64,000 bases of DNA from Nemertoderma westbladi (Eukaryota; Animalia; Xenacoelomorpha). The DNA is taken from NCBI GenBank assembly GCA_032718475.1, contig JAUCBJ010006708.1, positions 24,182-88,181 of the forward strand, written 5' to 3'. The notes under the pieces were generated by a model. That model saw only the letters and a program-made list of their open reading frames with translations, made no database searches and had not been told where the DNA came from. Positions 12,166-23,596 of this stretch are shown in pieces (positions within the stretch are counted from its first letter, which is position 1; each line of letters starts with the position of its first letter). Both the position numbers and the translations under genes were made by a program.

Positions 12166-12272
12166 GGGGTCATCCATAAAAGACGTCCGAGCTAGAGGGG
12201 GGGGGGTCGGCCGAATTCGGACATTTACGGACAGGGGGGGGGGGGGGGGGGTGTAGCAAAATTCGGACGTCT
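12166..12272 (+). mobile_element. One end of a PIF/Harbinger-like MITE
   Basis: TTA followed by GGGGTCATCCATAAAAGACGTCC, poly-G tracts and CGGAC motifs; the partner TIR was not found. Confidence 0.45.
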
Positions 12273-12727
12273 GTTTTTAAATTTTTTATTGTCAACTTTG
12301 CAGCCCATATGGCCAAATGTAGTCTAAACTTAACTTTGGGATGGGCACCTAGGCCCCGCATATTTAAAGTGAAAGTAAACGTTTGGCTAGGTATCACAGA
12401 CGATGCTATTAAGGTCAGATTTAGATGTCTATCAAACACACTAACTCCCCGGGGCACTGGTTAAGAATAGCCGGAGGTTAATTTTCGCGAGAGTTATCTC
12501 GTCTCATCTCGTACTACGTTCTCATCACCAATTTGGGAGGAATCATTCCTAGCTGACTCGTAAACTACAGTATTTTATATAGTTTTCTATATATATTAGT
12601 ACTGTTAATATTAGTAGTCGCCCCCCTAGCTGTACAATGTACAGCAATAATTCGTGTATTTGTTTTCTGAAACTTTGCCCGCGGGCAATGATCCTCCATG
12701 AGCAAACATCGCCCACTAAATAATTAT

Positions 12728-12850
12728 TTTTTGGTTAGAAAAAGCCCTCTCTGTAACCTGCTACTTTCCTTCAATTGGTAACAACATCGTTTATTGTTTT
12801 GGTTAGAAAAAGCCGACTCTGTAACCTGTTCCTTTCCCTCAATTGGTAAC
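12728..12850 (-). repeat. Two inverted units of the ~59-bp repeat found at 17.7-18.6 kb
   Basis: GTTTATTGTTTTGGTTAGAAAA..CTCTGTAACCTG..CTTTCCCTCAATT is the reverse complement of the array unit. Confidence 0.85.
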
Positions 12851-13094
12851 TGAAATGGTAACTAACACAAATATTATGGGCGAAGGTTGCTGGCGGGCGA
12901 AGATTCCCTTGCGGGCGAAGTTTTCACCGAGCGAAGTTTTCACCGGGCGAAGTTTGGATGCGGGCGAAGGTTGCACCATTCCTTGGCCAGCATCCCACCT
13001 CGGCACTAACAAACCTAAGTCAACGACAGACCGGAGAGACCCAGGCTACATCCCCCTAGTGGCCTATCAAGTACAACTAACAGCACTGCGACAA

Positions 13095-16000
13095 GTAGAA
13101 CTAACAACACTGCAGCATGTGTGAATAACAGCACTACGGCATGTAGAACTAACAACACTGCAGCATGTGTGAATAACAGCACTACGGCATGTAGAGCTAA
13201 CAACACCTCAGTATGTGTGAATAACACCACTACGGCATGTAGAACTAACAACACTGCAGCATGTGTGAATAACAGCACTACGGCATGTAGAACTAACAAC
13301 ACTGCAGTATGTGTGAATAACAGCACTATGGCATGTAGAACTAACAACACTGCAGCATGTGTGAATAACAGCACTACGGCATGTAGAACTAACAACACTG
13401 CAGCATGTGTGAATAACAGCACTATGGCATGTATAACTAACAACACTGCAGCATGTGTGAATAACAGCACTATGGCATGTAGAACTAACAACACTGCAGC
13501 ATGTGTTAATAACAGCACTACGGCATGTAGAACTAACAACACTGCAGCATGTGTGAATAACAGCACTACGGCATTTAGAACTAACAACACTGCTGCATGT
13601 GTAAATAACAGCACTGCGGCATGTAGAACTAACAACACTGCAGCATGTGTGAATAACAGCACTACGGCATGTAGAACTAACAACACTACAGCATGTGTGA
13701 ATAACAGCACTACGGCATGTAGAACTAACAACACTGCAGCATGTGTGAATAACAGCACTACGGCATTTAGAACTATCAACACTGCAGCATGTGTGAATAA
13801 CAGCACTGCGGCATGTAGAACTAACAACACTGCAGCATGTGTGAATAACAGCACTACGGCATGTATAACTAACAACACTGCAGCATGTGTGAATAACAGC
13901 ACTGCGGCATGTAGAACTAACAACACTGCAGCATGTGTGAATAACAGCACTACGGCATTTAGAACTAACAACACTGCAGCATGTGTGAATAACAGCACTG
14001 CGGCATGTAGAACTAACAACACTGCAGCATGTGTGAATAACAGCACTACGGCATTTAGAACTAACAACACTGCAGCATGTGTGAATAACAGCACTACGGC
14101 ATGTAGAACTAACAACACTGCAGCATGTGTGAATAACAGCACTACGGCATGTAGAACTAACAACACTGCAGCATGTGTGAATAACAGCACTACGGCATGT
14201 AGAACTAACAACACTGCAGCATGTGTGAATAACAGCACTACGGCATTTAGAACTAACAACACTGCAGCATGTGTGAATAACAGCACTGCGGCATGTAGAA
14301 CTAACAACACTGCAGCATGTGTGAATAACAGCACTACGGCATGTAGAACTAACAAAACTGCAGCATGTGTGAATAACAGCACTACGGCATGTAGAACTAA
14401 CAACACTGCAGCATGTGTGAATAACAGCACTACGGCATGTAGAACTAACAACACTGCAGCATGTGTGAATAACAGCACTACGGCATTTAGAACTAACAAC
14501 ACTGCAGCATGTGTGAATAACAGCACTGCGGCATGTAGAACTAACAACACTGCAGCATGTGTGAATAACAGCACTACGGCATTTAGAACTAACAACACTG
14601 CAGCATGTGTGAATAACAGCACTACGGCATGTAGAACTAACAACACTGCAGCATGTGTGAATAACAGCACTACGGCATGTAGAACTAACAACACTGCAGC
14701 ATGTGTGAATAACAGCACTACGGCATGTAGAACTAACAACACTGCAGCATGTGTGAATAACAGCACTACGGCATTTAGAACTAACAACACTGCAGCATGT
14801 GTGAATAACAGCACTGCGGCATGTAGAACTAACAACACTGCAGCATGTGTGAATAACAGCACTACGGCATGTAGAACTAACAAAACTGCAGCATGTGTGA
14901 ATAACAGCACTACGGCATGTAGAACTAACAACACTGCAGCATGTGTGAATAACAGCACTACGGTATGTAGAACTAACAACACTGTAGCATGTGTGAATAA
15001 CAGCACTACGGCATTTAGAACTAACAACACTGCAGCATGTGTGAATAACAGCACTGCGGCATGTAGAACTAACAACACTGCAGCATGTGTGAATAACAGC
15101 ACTACGGCATGTAGAACTAACAACACTGCAGCATGTGTGAATAACAGCACTACGGCATGTAGAACTAACAACACTGCAGCATGTGTGAATAACAGCACTA
15201 CGGCATTTAGAACTAACAACACTGCAGCATGTGTGAATAACAGCACTGCGGCATGTAGAACTAACAACACTGCAGCATGTGTGAATAACAGCACTACGGC
15301 ATGTAGAACTAACAAAACTGCAGCATGTGTGAATAACAGCACTACGGCATGTAGAACTAACAACACTGCAGCATGTGTGAATAACAGCACTGCCGCATGT
15401 AGAACTAACAACACTGCAGCATGTGTGAATAACAGCACTACGGCATGTAGAACTAACAACACTGCAGCATGTGTGATTAACAGCACTACGGCATGTAGAA
15501 CTAACAACACTGCAGCATGTGTGAATAACAGCACTACGGCATGTAGAACTAACAACACTGCAGCATGTGTGAATAACAGCACTACGGTATGTAGAACTAA
15601 CAACACTGTAGCATGTGTGAATAACAGCACTACGGCATTTAGAACTAACAACACTGCAGTATGTGTGAATAACAGCACTACGGCATGTAGAACTAACAAC
15701 ACTGCAGCATGTGTGAATAACAGCACTACGGTATGTAGAACTAACAACACTGCAGCATGTGTGAATAACAGCACTACGGCATGTAGAACTAACAACACTG
15801 CAGCATGTGTGAATAACAGCACTGCGGCATGTAGAACTAACAACACTGCAGCATGTGTGAATCACAGCACTGCGGCATGTAGAACTAACAACACTGCAGC
15901 ATGTGTGAATAACAGCACTACGGCATGTAGAACTAACAACACTGCAGCATGTGTGAATAACAGCACTACGGCATGTAGAACTAACAACACTGCAGCATGT

Positions 16001-16140
16001 GTGAATAACAGCACTACGGCATGTAGGACTAACAACACTGCAGCATGTGTGAATAACAGCACTACGGCATGTAGAACTAACAACACTGCAGCTTGTGTGA
16101 ATAACAGCACTACGGCATGTAGAACTAACAGCCCTACGGC
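13095..16140. repeat. 48-bp tandem array (~63 copies), itself a dimer of related 24-bp halves
   Basis: Unit AGAACTAACAACACTGCAGCATGTGTGAATAACAGCACTACGGCATGT. Very homogeneous; the continuous ORFs show there are no frameshifting indels. Confidence 0.98.
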
Positions 16141-16479
16141 ATTTTCTATTATCAGATAGTCGGGGAACTTTCGACGCAAGAAAAATTGTATCCTCTCTAG
16201 GGGAAAATCGACGCAATAATGGTCGGCTATATGAATCCAATAACAATGCGTCTACCCTAATTACTGTCCCTCATTATCATGTACAGCATTTGATTGGTTA
16301 ATTGGTATAACTACGTACTATATAGTTGGCCAGTTATTACTATTTACTATTAATTATATATTTAATGTCTATTTAAATTATTTTGAATCTGTTAACTAGT
16401 ATATATGAATAATAAAGTGGGTACAAATATTATTATGACTATTACTCCGTTGGCAAAGACATACCAGTTCATTTCATTT

Positions 16480-16630
16480 TATATGAAAGCCGACCAGCCG
16501 ACCACAGTTGACTTATGGAGGATCGCTAGAAGTCGGCTAGTTTACACATAAGGTATTTAGGTTAGGCCAAGTTCCAACCACTCTTGGGTCATGTATAAAG
16601 AGTAAGTCGCAAGTGGTCGGCTTACATATA
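16480..16630. mobile_element. Small TA-flanked MITE-like element
   Basis: TATATGAAAGCCGACCA ... TGGTCGGCTTACATATA inverted ends, with an inner GACTTA/TAAGTC pair. Confidence 0.5.
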
Positions 16631-17656
16631 TATCATCATAGACTACATAAAGTTTTGGTCTAACATTTACACTCATTTTTAACGGAATAATTTGTTTGCG
16701 GTAAAGGTAAATGATACGTACCGCCGTGTCTATTGGTTTGGTTACTTCCGAAACAGATCATTACAGAAATGGATTACAAAAATAGGTTTATCTTACCAAA
16801 TTCAATGCAATTTCTTCATTCCATGCTGACTCCTATTCGCCGATATTAAATAAATAAAATAATTCTCGTACATATATTAAAAAAAATATGTAAAAAATTT
16901 AAAACAATTCATTACAAACTAACTGCCTCCACTCTGCGTCCAAACCCACACCAGAAGGATATTGTTTTACTATCGAAATATCTATGAATATCTCGTGAAC
17001 ATAAATATCACAAAAACTAAAATATGGCTCACATTATAATATATAACAAAAGTATAACTTACAATGGGTTGATTTACAATTATTAAGTTCTGGAACTGAA
17101 GGTTATTGGATGGAACGAGAAGGAACGTTGGTAACTGGGGAGGTTCGTCTATAATTATTCACTTCGAATTTGATCTTCTGTATCGTTGATCAACCTAAAA
17201 TAATAATATTACAAGCCGATAGTAATTATGGTTTAGTAATAATGACAGTAGGTATCTATGTATGTAAAGATTGATGTTCTGTGTTGGTATCTACGTACAT
17301 ACTGATGGTAAAGGCAGTGATTTTTTATGTCCTTTTATTTGACTTTTTTTGTCATTTTTTTTTTCGAATTATGCATAATGACTTTTGTTGTCCTTTTAAT
17401 GACTTTTATTGTCCTTTTAATGACTTTTTATGTATGTATTTCTTCAAACTGTCAGACTGCTGATTTCTGGACTGTCAGACAGTTGATTTCACTATGCCTG
17501 TGCCAAAACATTCCATGATTCCATGATTTATAGACTATGAGATAGATTTCCATATGCGCCTGTGGTAAAAAGACTCTATATTTAATAGTTTGTGGTTGTT
17601 GTCGATAATCGATTACCACATGACGTAGCAAAACACTCATTTTATAGCCAAAAACA

Positions 17657-18564
17657 ATTACCAATTGATGGAAAGGAGCAGGTTAAGGCCGAGTTTTCTA
17701 ACCAAAACAATAAACAGTCACTTTACCAAATCAGGGAAAGGAGCAGGTTACAGAGACGGGATTTTCTAACCAAAACAATAAACGATCACTTAACTAATTG
17801 AGGGAAAGGATCAGGTTACAGAGGCGGGATTTTCTAACCAAAACAATAAATGATCACTTAACTTATTGAGGGAAAGGAGCAGGTTACAGAGGCGGGATTT
17901 TCTAACCAAATCAATAAACGATCATTTAACTAATTGAGGGAAAGGGACAGGTTACAGAGGCGGAATTTTCTAACCAAAACAACAGACGATCACTTAACTA
18001 ATTGAGGGAAAGGAGCAGGTTACAGAGGTGGGATTTTCTAACCAAAACAATAAACGATCATTTAACTAATTGAGGGAAAGGGGCAGGTTACAGAGGCGGG
18101 CCTTTCTAACCAAAACAATAAACGGTCACTTTACCAATTCAGGGAAAGGAGCAGGTTACAGAGGCGGGATTTTTCTAACCAAAACAATAAACGATCATTT
18201 AACTAATTGAGGGAAAGGGGCAGGTTACAGAGGTGGGATTTTCTAACCAAAACAATAAACGATCATTTAACTAATTGAGGGAAAGGAGCAGGTTACAGAG
18301 ACGGGATTTTCTATCCAAAACAATAAACGATAACATTACCAATTGAGAGAAAGGAGCAGGTTACAGAGGCGGGATTTTCTAACCAAAACAATAAACGATA
18401 ACATTACCAATTGAGGGAAAGGAGCAGGTTACAGAGGCGGGATTTTCTAACCAAAACAATAAACGATCACTTAACTAATTGAGGGAAAGGAGCAGGTTAA
18501 GGCCGGATTTTCTAACCAAAACAATAAACAGTCACTTTACCAAATCAGGGAAAGGAGCAGGTTA
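17657..18564 (+). repeat. ~59-60-bp tandem array (~15 copies)
   Basis: Unit AATTGAGGGAAAGGAGCAGGTTACAGAGGCGGGATTTTCTAACCAAAACAATAAACGATCACTTAACT. The first and last units share the GGTTAAGGCCG variant. Confidence 0.97.
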
Positions 18565-20184
18565 TCCGTAACACTACTCAGACAGTAGTCATGATCCATT
18601 ATTGATTATAAAACTAATACAGTAATAGGCCTAAATTATGTGAAAGGTATATCCACATTTTCCAGAATCCTGCAATCCAGTTTGGCCTATCAATTATTTA
18701 AAATTTATTAGCACAACCGGTAGGCCTACCATTACCTTATTTAAATGGTAGGCTACACAGTAGGCCTATAGCAGTACCGGTGCCGGTACCGGTACTAAAA
18801 TACAGAAATACCTGCTTTATACCTACATCTGTACATACATAATACAGCAAAATAGTGCTATATATACTAATACCGGCACTGATAGCCTGAGAGAACAGCA
18901 GTAGAGAAACCGGTAGCATGGAACCTAACATTAGACTTTTGGAGGACATAAAAAATAAAAAATAAAGGACAAAAAAAGGATTTAAACGGACAATAAAAAT
19001 TATTGCGGATGGTAAATCTCCGTATGTACTTTATGTACGTACATAGAGACAGCTGGTTGGTCTAATTATGTACGAACAGACAGATAATTGGTCTAGTTAT
19101 TTATACTGTATAACCTGATTAAGTGTACGGTCACACTGTGACTGGAATGTTGTTGTATGTTTATGAAGCAACATTAATAATGTTGGTGAAAGATTTAATA
19201 TAAGATGTTCAGGAGAAAATATATTACTAAAAATGTATCTATTTCTACAAAAATAATTCTGCACCTTTGCTACTTTATATGTATAACATAAGGCAACGCA
19301 ATTAGATTACAAACTTACATTTATTTGTAGATAAATTTTGTCTTTCGTCAGGATCTTTGGAGCTGAATAAATTGTAGCGATTCTGCGACACTGTGATTAA
19401 GTACTCGTAAGGTATACTGACTGACACACAGCCGTTTATCAGCCTTTTTTATGGTTAGGTAACAACTGAACTTTACTTCTACAAATATGGGTGTTACTAT
19501 TTAGTTCACTAATTAATGGGCTGTGTGTTCCAAGGGAGATATTATCTATCGCAAATATCTCTGTAATGTAATGTTTGTCATCTTTATACAAGAAGGGGGT
19601 GTGTGTACGTAGAAATCGATTATAATTAATTGAAATCCGTGACTATGTTCCTTGAATATGACTCAGGTCATGGGAACCAATAATCTTAACGGAAGTTTCC
19701 CCTACTGTAAGATAACCAAGGATATAACACCCAGGATATATATTCATCGCCTGTCTCCAACACTCATGGTATTTGACAATAAATCTCAGCATAAGTCATG
19801 TGATGATGTTTAGTGCTGTTCTTAATAGTCTTTTATGTGGATTTCAATTTGATAGAGAATCAATGGGTGTGGTGAGTTACTGTAACTTTGGCGCTCGTCT
19901 AGGAAATACTACTACTGCTATCGGAGTGCTGCATTGCAGCAGCATAGTTTTATTACATATATATTAAATATAATTAAGTATAATACTACTTTGATCACCT
20001 GACAAAGATCGAACCCGGAGAACGGACAGAGACCCGGACAGAACCACGGGGGCGGACAATTACCCACAGTTGGCTTATGGGGCAGACAGAGACCCGAACC
20101 GAACCCAGGGGGGGGGGGGGGGGGGGCACAGCCACACAGTGGATTCTAGACAATGTACAGTAACACATAAAGATGAAAGTTCAC

Positions 20185-20570
20185 TTACTCAAAAATGGTA
20201 CGCTATGGTGATGGAAGCGTTGCTGGGCGACCTAAATAGTTAAGAGATTATTGGGAGGTGGTGAACTCAATAGGGCCAGGATATGGGTATTTCCCATATC
20301 ATATGAAATCTACTTTATCGTAAAGGAAGAGCACAGAGCTCAGGCAGAGGCGATTATAGCAGGAACCGGCATCCAACTTCCCTATGGACACCGGGTACTT
20401 GGATCTGTAATAGGATCTCAGCCAGCCTGTCAGAAATTCATATCACAGCGAGTCGGCCAACTACAAAAGGAGTTACCTTGTTTCAATGATTTCGCAGGTT
20501 CAGCCCCACACCCCGTTTACAGCTGCCTAATGTATGCAGCCAAAGTTTACTTATCTCTCTCGTACAACCC
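20185..20570 (+). pseudogene. Degraded non-LTR retrotransposon RT fragment (CRE-like)
   Basis: Across frameshifts and a stop it reads TQKWYA/DGSVAG..LRDYWEVVNSIGPGYGYFP..KS/IVKEEHRAQAEAIIAGTGIQL..GHRVLGSVIG. This matches the WYADD..GPxYGYFP..LIVK..GxRxLG pattern of CRE-like RTs from marine invertebrates. Confidence 0.65.
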
Positions 20571-20719
20571 CAGATTTCGTGGAAAACTTGTTCCATTTGT
20601 GCGTTTGATTTTGATTTATTATAGCATTGTTATTATTATTTGAAATAATATTATTTATTTTGTTCATATATTATATTAAACATTTACAATCTCTTTAGTA
20701 TAAATTCCTTTCAATAATT

Positions 20720-20830
20720 ATGAAACACTTATTGATTCTTACATCACTTGTGGCAGTTGGCTACGGTTTGAGTTGCCACAGTGCCGGGCCAGATGGAAAA
20801 ATGAGTAGAGATGGTTGCGTACGATGTGTT
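20720..20830 (+). CDS. Coding exon 1 of a secreted Ly6/uPAR (three-finger fold) protein: signal peptide plus start of the LU domain
   Basis: MKHLLILTSLVAVGYG|LSCHSAGPDGKMSRDGCVRCV, 111 nt, followed by donor GTAAGT at 20831 (phase 0). Acceptor-like CTCTTTAG at 20691-20698 upstream. Confidence 0.85.
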
Positions 20831-21021
20831 GTAAGTCTTCAGCAATAAATATTAGACTATCTGTACAAGTGTAATAGTTTGGAAGGGGACAGACATGATG
20901 GATTAGGTTTAATGGGTCGAACCACTAACTACAACTACTATAGTCGGCCTACAGCATTGAAACTGCACATTGAGATGCTATGCCGGTTTGACAAAAACAT
21001 TTTGTCACATTTTGTAGAAGT

Positions 21022-21215
21022 AGGGGTCCATGGTTCCAATGTTGGAGACTTTCAGACAAGTTGGTCCATGGTCCTCGGGTCCATGTTCTGCGGATGGAGG
21101 CTGTCAGACTGGGCGGGGTCCATGGTTCCGGGGATGGAGGCTGTCAGACAAGGTGGGGTCCATGGTTCTGGGATGGCGGCATTCAGAGAAGTTAGGGTCC
21201 ATGGTTCCGTTCATG
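21022..21215. repeat. Degenerate intronic minisatellite (GGGTCCATGGTTC core, ~38-bp period)
   Basis: About six recurrences of GGTCCATG inside the intron of the LU gene. Confidence 0.75.
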
Positions 21216-21361
21216 GAGGTTTCCATACAAATTTCTCCCCTGGCACGCCCTGATGACCCCCCCCCCCCCCCCCCCCATTGAATTAATAAATTAAATTATA
21301 ATTTCTTGTATTCGAATGTATTGCTCTGTTGTGTTATTGTACGACAATGTTATTATTTCAG

Positions 21362-21556
21362 ACTATGACCATAGTCCACCATGGCGGAATCCCTCCAACC
21401 ACAATGCCAATGTGTTTACCTAAAGACGCCCCTCTATCTGACACCGAATGCAACACAATAGAGACCTACATTTGTGCTGGACAAAGAGGCGACCCTAGTG
21501 CACCTCCAGACACTTCTTGTAGTGTCACTTGCTGTGATGAAGACCTTTGCAACTAA
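21362..21556 (+). CDS. Coding exon 2 (terminal) of the secreted Ly6/uPAR three-finger protein
   Basis: Acceptor TTATTTCAG ends at 21361, phase 0. TMTIVHHGGIPPTTMPMCLPKDAPLSDTECNTIETYICAGQRGDPSAPPDTSCSVTCCDEDLCN* carries the diagnostic CCxxDxCN. Spliced product is 101 aa with 10 Cys. Confidence 0.9.
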   Translation, partial: TMTIVHHGGIPPTTMPMCLPKDAPLSDTECNTIETYICAGQRGDPSAPPDTSCSVTCCDEDLCN

Positions 21557-21707
21557 AAATTAATTCTTCAAATAGACTAGGACAATCTACTTTCTTTTTG
21601 AATGTTAGGTGATGGAATTTAAAAATAATTAAAAGGTCTAAAAAACAACCAACTGTATTGGGTTAGCCTGTGTAAAGTAAATACAACTATATATCTTCTT
21701 AACAAAC

Positions 21708-21713
21708 AATAAA
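21708..21713 (+). promoter_or_regulatory. Candidate polyadenylation signal of the LU gene
   Basis: AATAAA ~150 bp after the stop, with T-rich sequence downstream; another AATAAA at ~21777. Confidence 0.5.
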
Positions 21714-22132
21714 AATTCATTTTATTGTTAAAAATTCAAAAAAACATTTTCACTTAAATCTGTTCTTTTATTTGACAATAAATAAAATATGCCTTACCGG
21801 TATCTATCGCTCGTTCCAAAATCAATTTATTTAATGGTTGAACGCTACGATAAACTATATCTAGAGATGGGAAGGATAATAAAGTATATAATTAAATCTA
21901 CATTAATTAAGAAATTTTATTATTAAAATGAAGTGTTAGAATTACCGAAATAGTATTGGGGCCTATTGTTTATCATTACACATATTGTAGAATAGGTAGT
22001 TTACCCAAACATTTACCAGATATTTAGGTTTTTTTTTTAATTATATACATTTCGAGCGGAGTTAATCTATTCTATTAAAATGAAGTTATTTATATATAAA
22101 ATATAATAATGTCAAATTGAAATTTGTGTTAA

Positions 22133-22181
22133 CCCTATTACCACTGCCCCCCCCCCCCCCCCCCCCCCTGTGGTAATAGGG
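22133..22181. mobile_element. Minimal piggyBac-like element / perfect hairpin
   Basis: TTAA-CCCTATTACCAC-TG(C)n-T-GTGGTAATAGGG-TTAA. Confidence 0.5.
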
Positions 22182-22338
22182 TTAACACTAAACATTAAAG
22201 GTCTGCTAATAGTAATTTAAATTAAATTGATTTAGCCCCAAGCTGGGCAATAGGTCTGGGCAATAGTTGGACCTTTTTTGCAGTTCATGGTATCTAGTTA
22301 TCGATATTTCATTGCAATATTTACAACAGCCAGAGCAT

Positions 22339-22450
22339 TATCTTGTACTTTGGCAGCCTCATGGAGTGAATAAGCATGGTGGACAGCCCATGACTTTCTT
22401 GAGACACATCTTAAAGGACACTGGCCTTGAAGATGCGGATGATCTAGCAA
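22339..22450 (+). mobile_element. Short 3' fragment of the RTE-like LINE seen at 56-64 kb
   Basis: Near-identical to ~58288-58397 (LVLWQPHGVNKHGGQPMTFLR..LKDTGLEDADDLA). Confidence 0.9.
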
Positions 22451-23120
22451 GTAAGCTACTACTATTTATTGAATGGATAGCCCAAACTGCACAGAAGTAT
22501 ATTACTTGCCAAATTTATTACTATATCACTCTAACCCAGACAGTAATCAAACATCAACTGTAAGTTTGTATAATGTATTACCCCACCAGATGAATAGCAG
22601 CTCTTCCCAGTGAATCCTATGACAATAATCTATAAGGTTACTCACTGCTATGTTAGGTGGGAGGGAGTTGATGATAATGAATGAGGAGGGACCCAACTAA
22701 CACTACGTTTGTCTATGGAGGGTCTCCTTACAGCCAGCTGGCTGGCTTTCTAGTTGAATCATATTATTCCGCAACTAAATAATTTACTCTTTTAGATGAA
22801 TTTGTGCGTTTTTTTGCCGGACTAACAAATTTTGGCGACGTTCTGTGCGAGATTGGCGATATTTGAAAAGATTCTGAGGCTCAAATATGTTGCTCAGATG
22901 ACTGAATATCTCAAATAAAAAAGTTGGTGCATATTCGACGAGTTTAAATCGGTGAAATTCGACTTTAAATTTTCAAAACCACTATTTTTCAGTGACCTCG
23001 TGATCGAAACGCCACAAAAAATATACAGTCTTGTGCGCAACCAAAATTTATGTAGAGTTTGTTATTAAAATTTTTGCGTACCTGCTTGAGTTTTTGAGAT
23101 ATTGGATGGTTATACATTCA

Positions 23121-23146
23121 GACACACACACACACACACACACACC

Positions 23147-23200
<54 letters not shown>
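23121..23200. repeat. (CA)n microsatellite
   Basis: Directly visible. Confidence 0.98.
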
Positions 23201-23201
<1 letters not shown>

Positions 23202-23596
23202 CAACACGCACACCCGCCATGGTTCTTTCACACACTGAATTTTGAATTTTACTAACTGTAAAATTCATTATATCTTCACATCAACAATTTGCAGAGTTTG
23301 TGTCATGTTTTTTTCACACACGAAATGAAAATTACAAAACATCTGCTAAGGGGCGTCGGAGGGGTGGTTGCGATGTGTGTGTGACTTTATAATTTTTTGC
23401 ATTGTATGTGTTATTTACAAATTCCCGCTTTCTGATTATTTCTGCTACTTTCTACCTTATCCAGGTATTTACCGAGTGCCGAGCCGGTGAGGTAAATATA
23501 ACAAAATACATAAATAATAATAAATAAAATAAATATAAATACATAATTTGAATAATTTATAATCGAACATGATTTATTCAAGTTTGTTCTAATTGG

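Noticed and set aside
18700-18920. Cluster of TAGGCCTA / TACCGGTA palindromic octamers
   Set aside because: Low-complexity motifs also scattered around 10.8-11.0 kb; no defined structure or boundary.
21329-21361. N-terminus MCYCTTMLLFQ of the ORF-track 75-aa protein
   Set aside because: Intronic: non-ATG start, and it ends at the TTTCAG acceptor; the real N-terminus is the exon at 20720.
22582-22616. Minus-strand DSLGRAAIHLV, ankyrin-like, between GT-AG-bounded gaps of 29 and 24 nt
   Set aside because: Too short to be significant, and would require implausibly small introns compared with the 83- and 531-nt introns inferred elsewhere.
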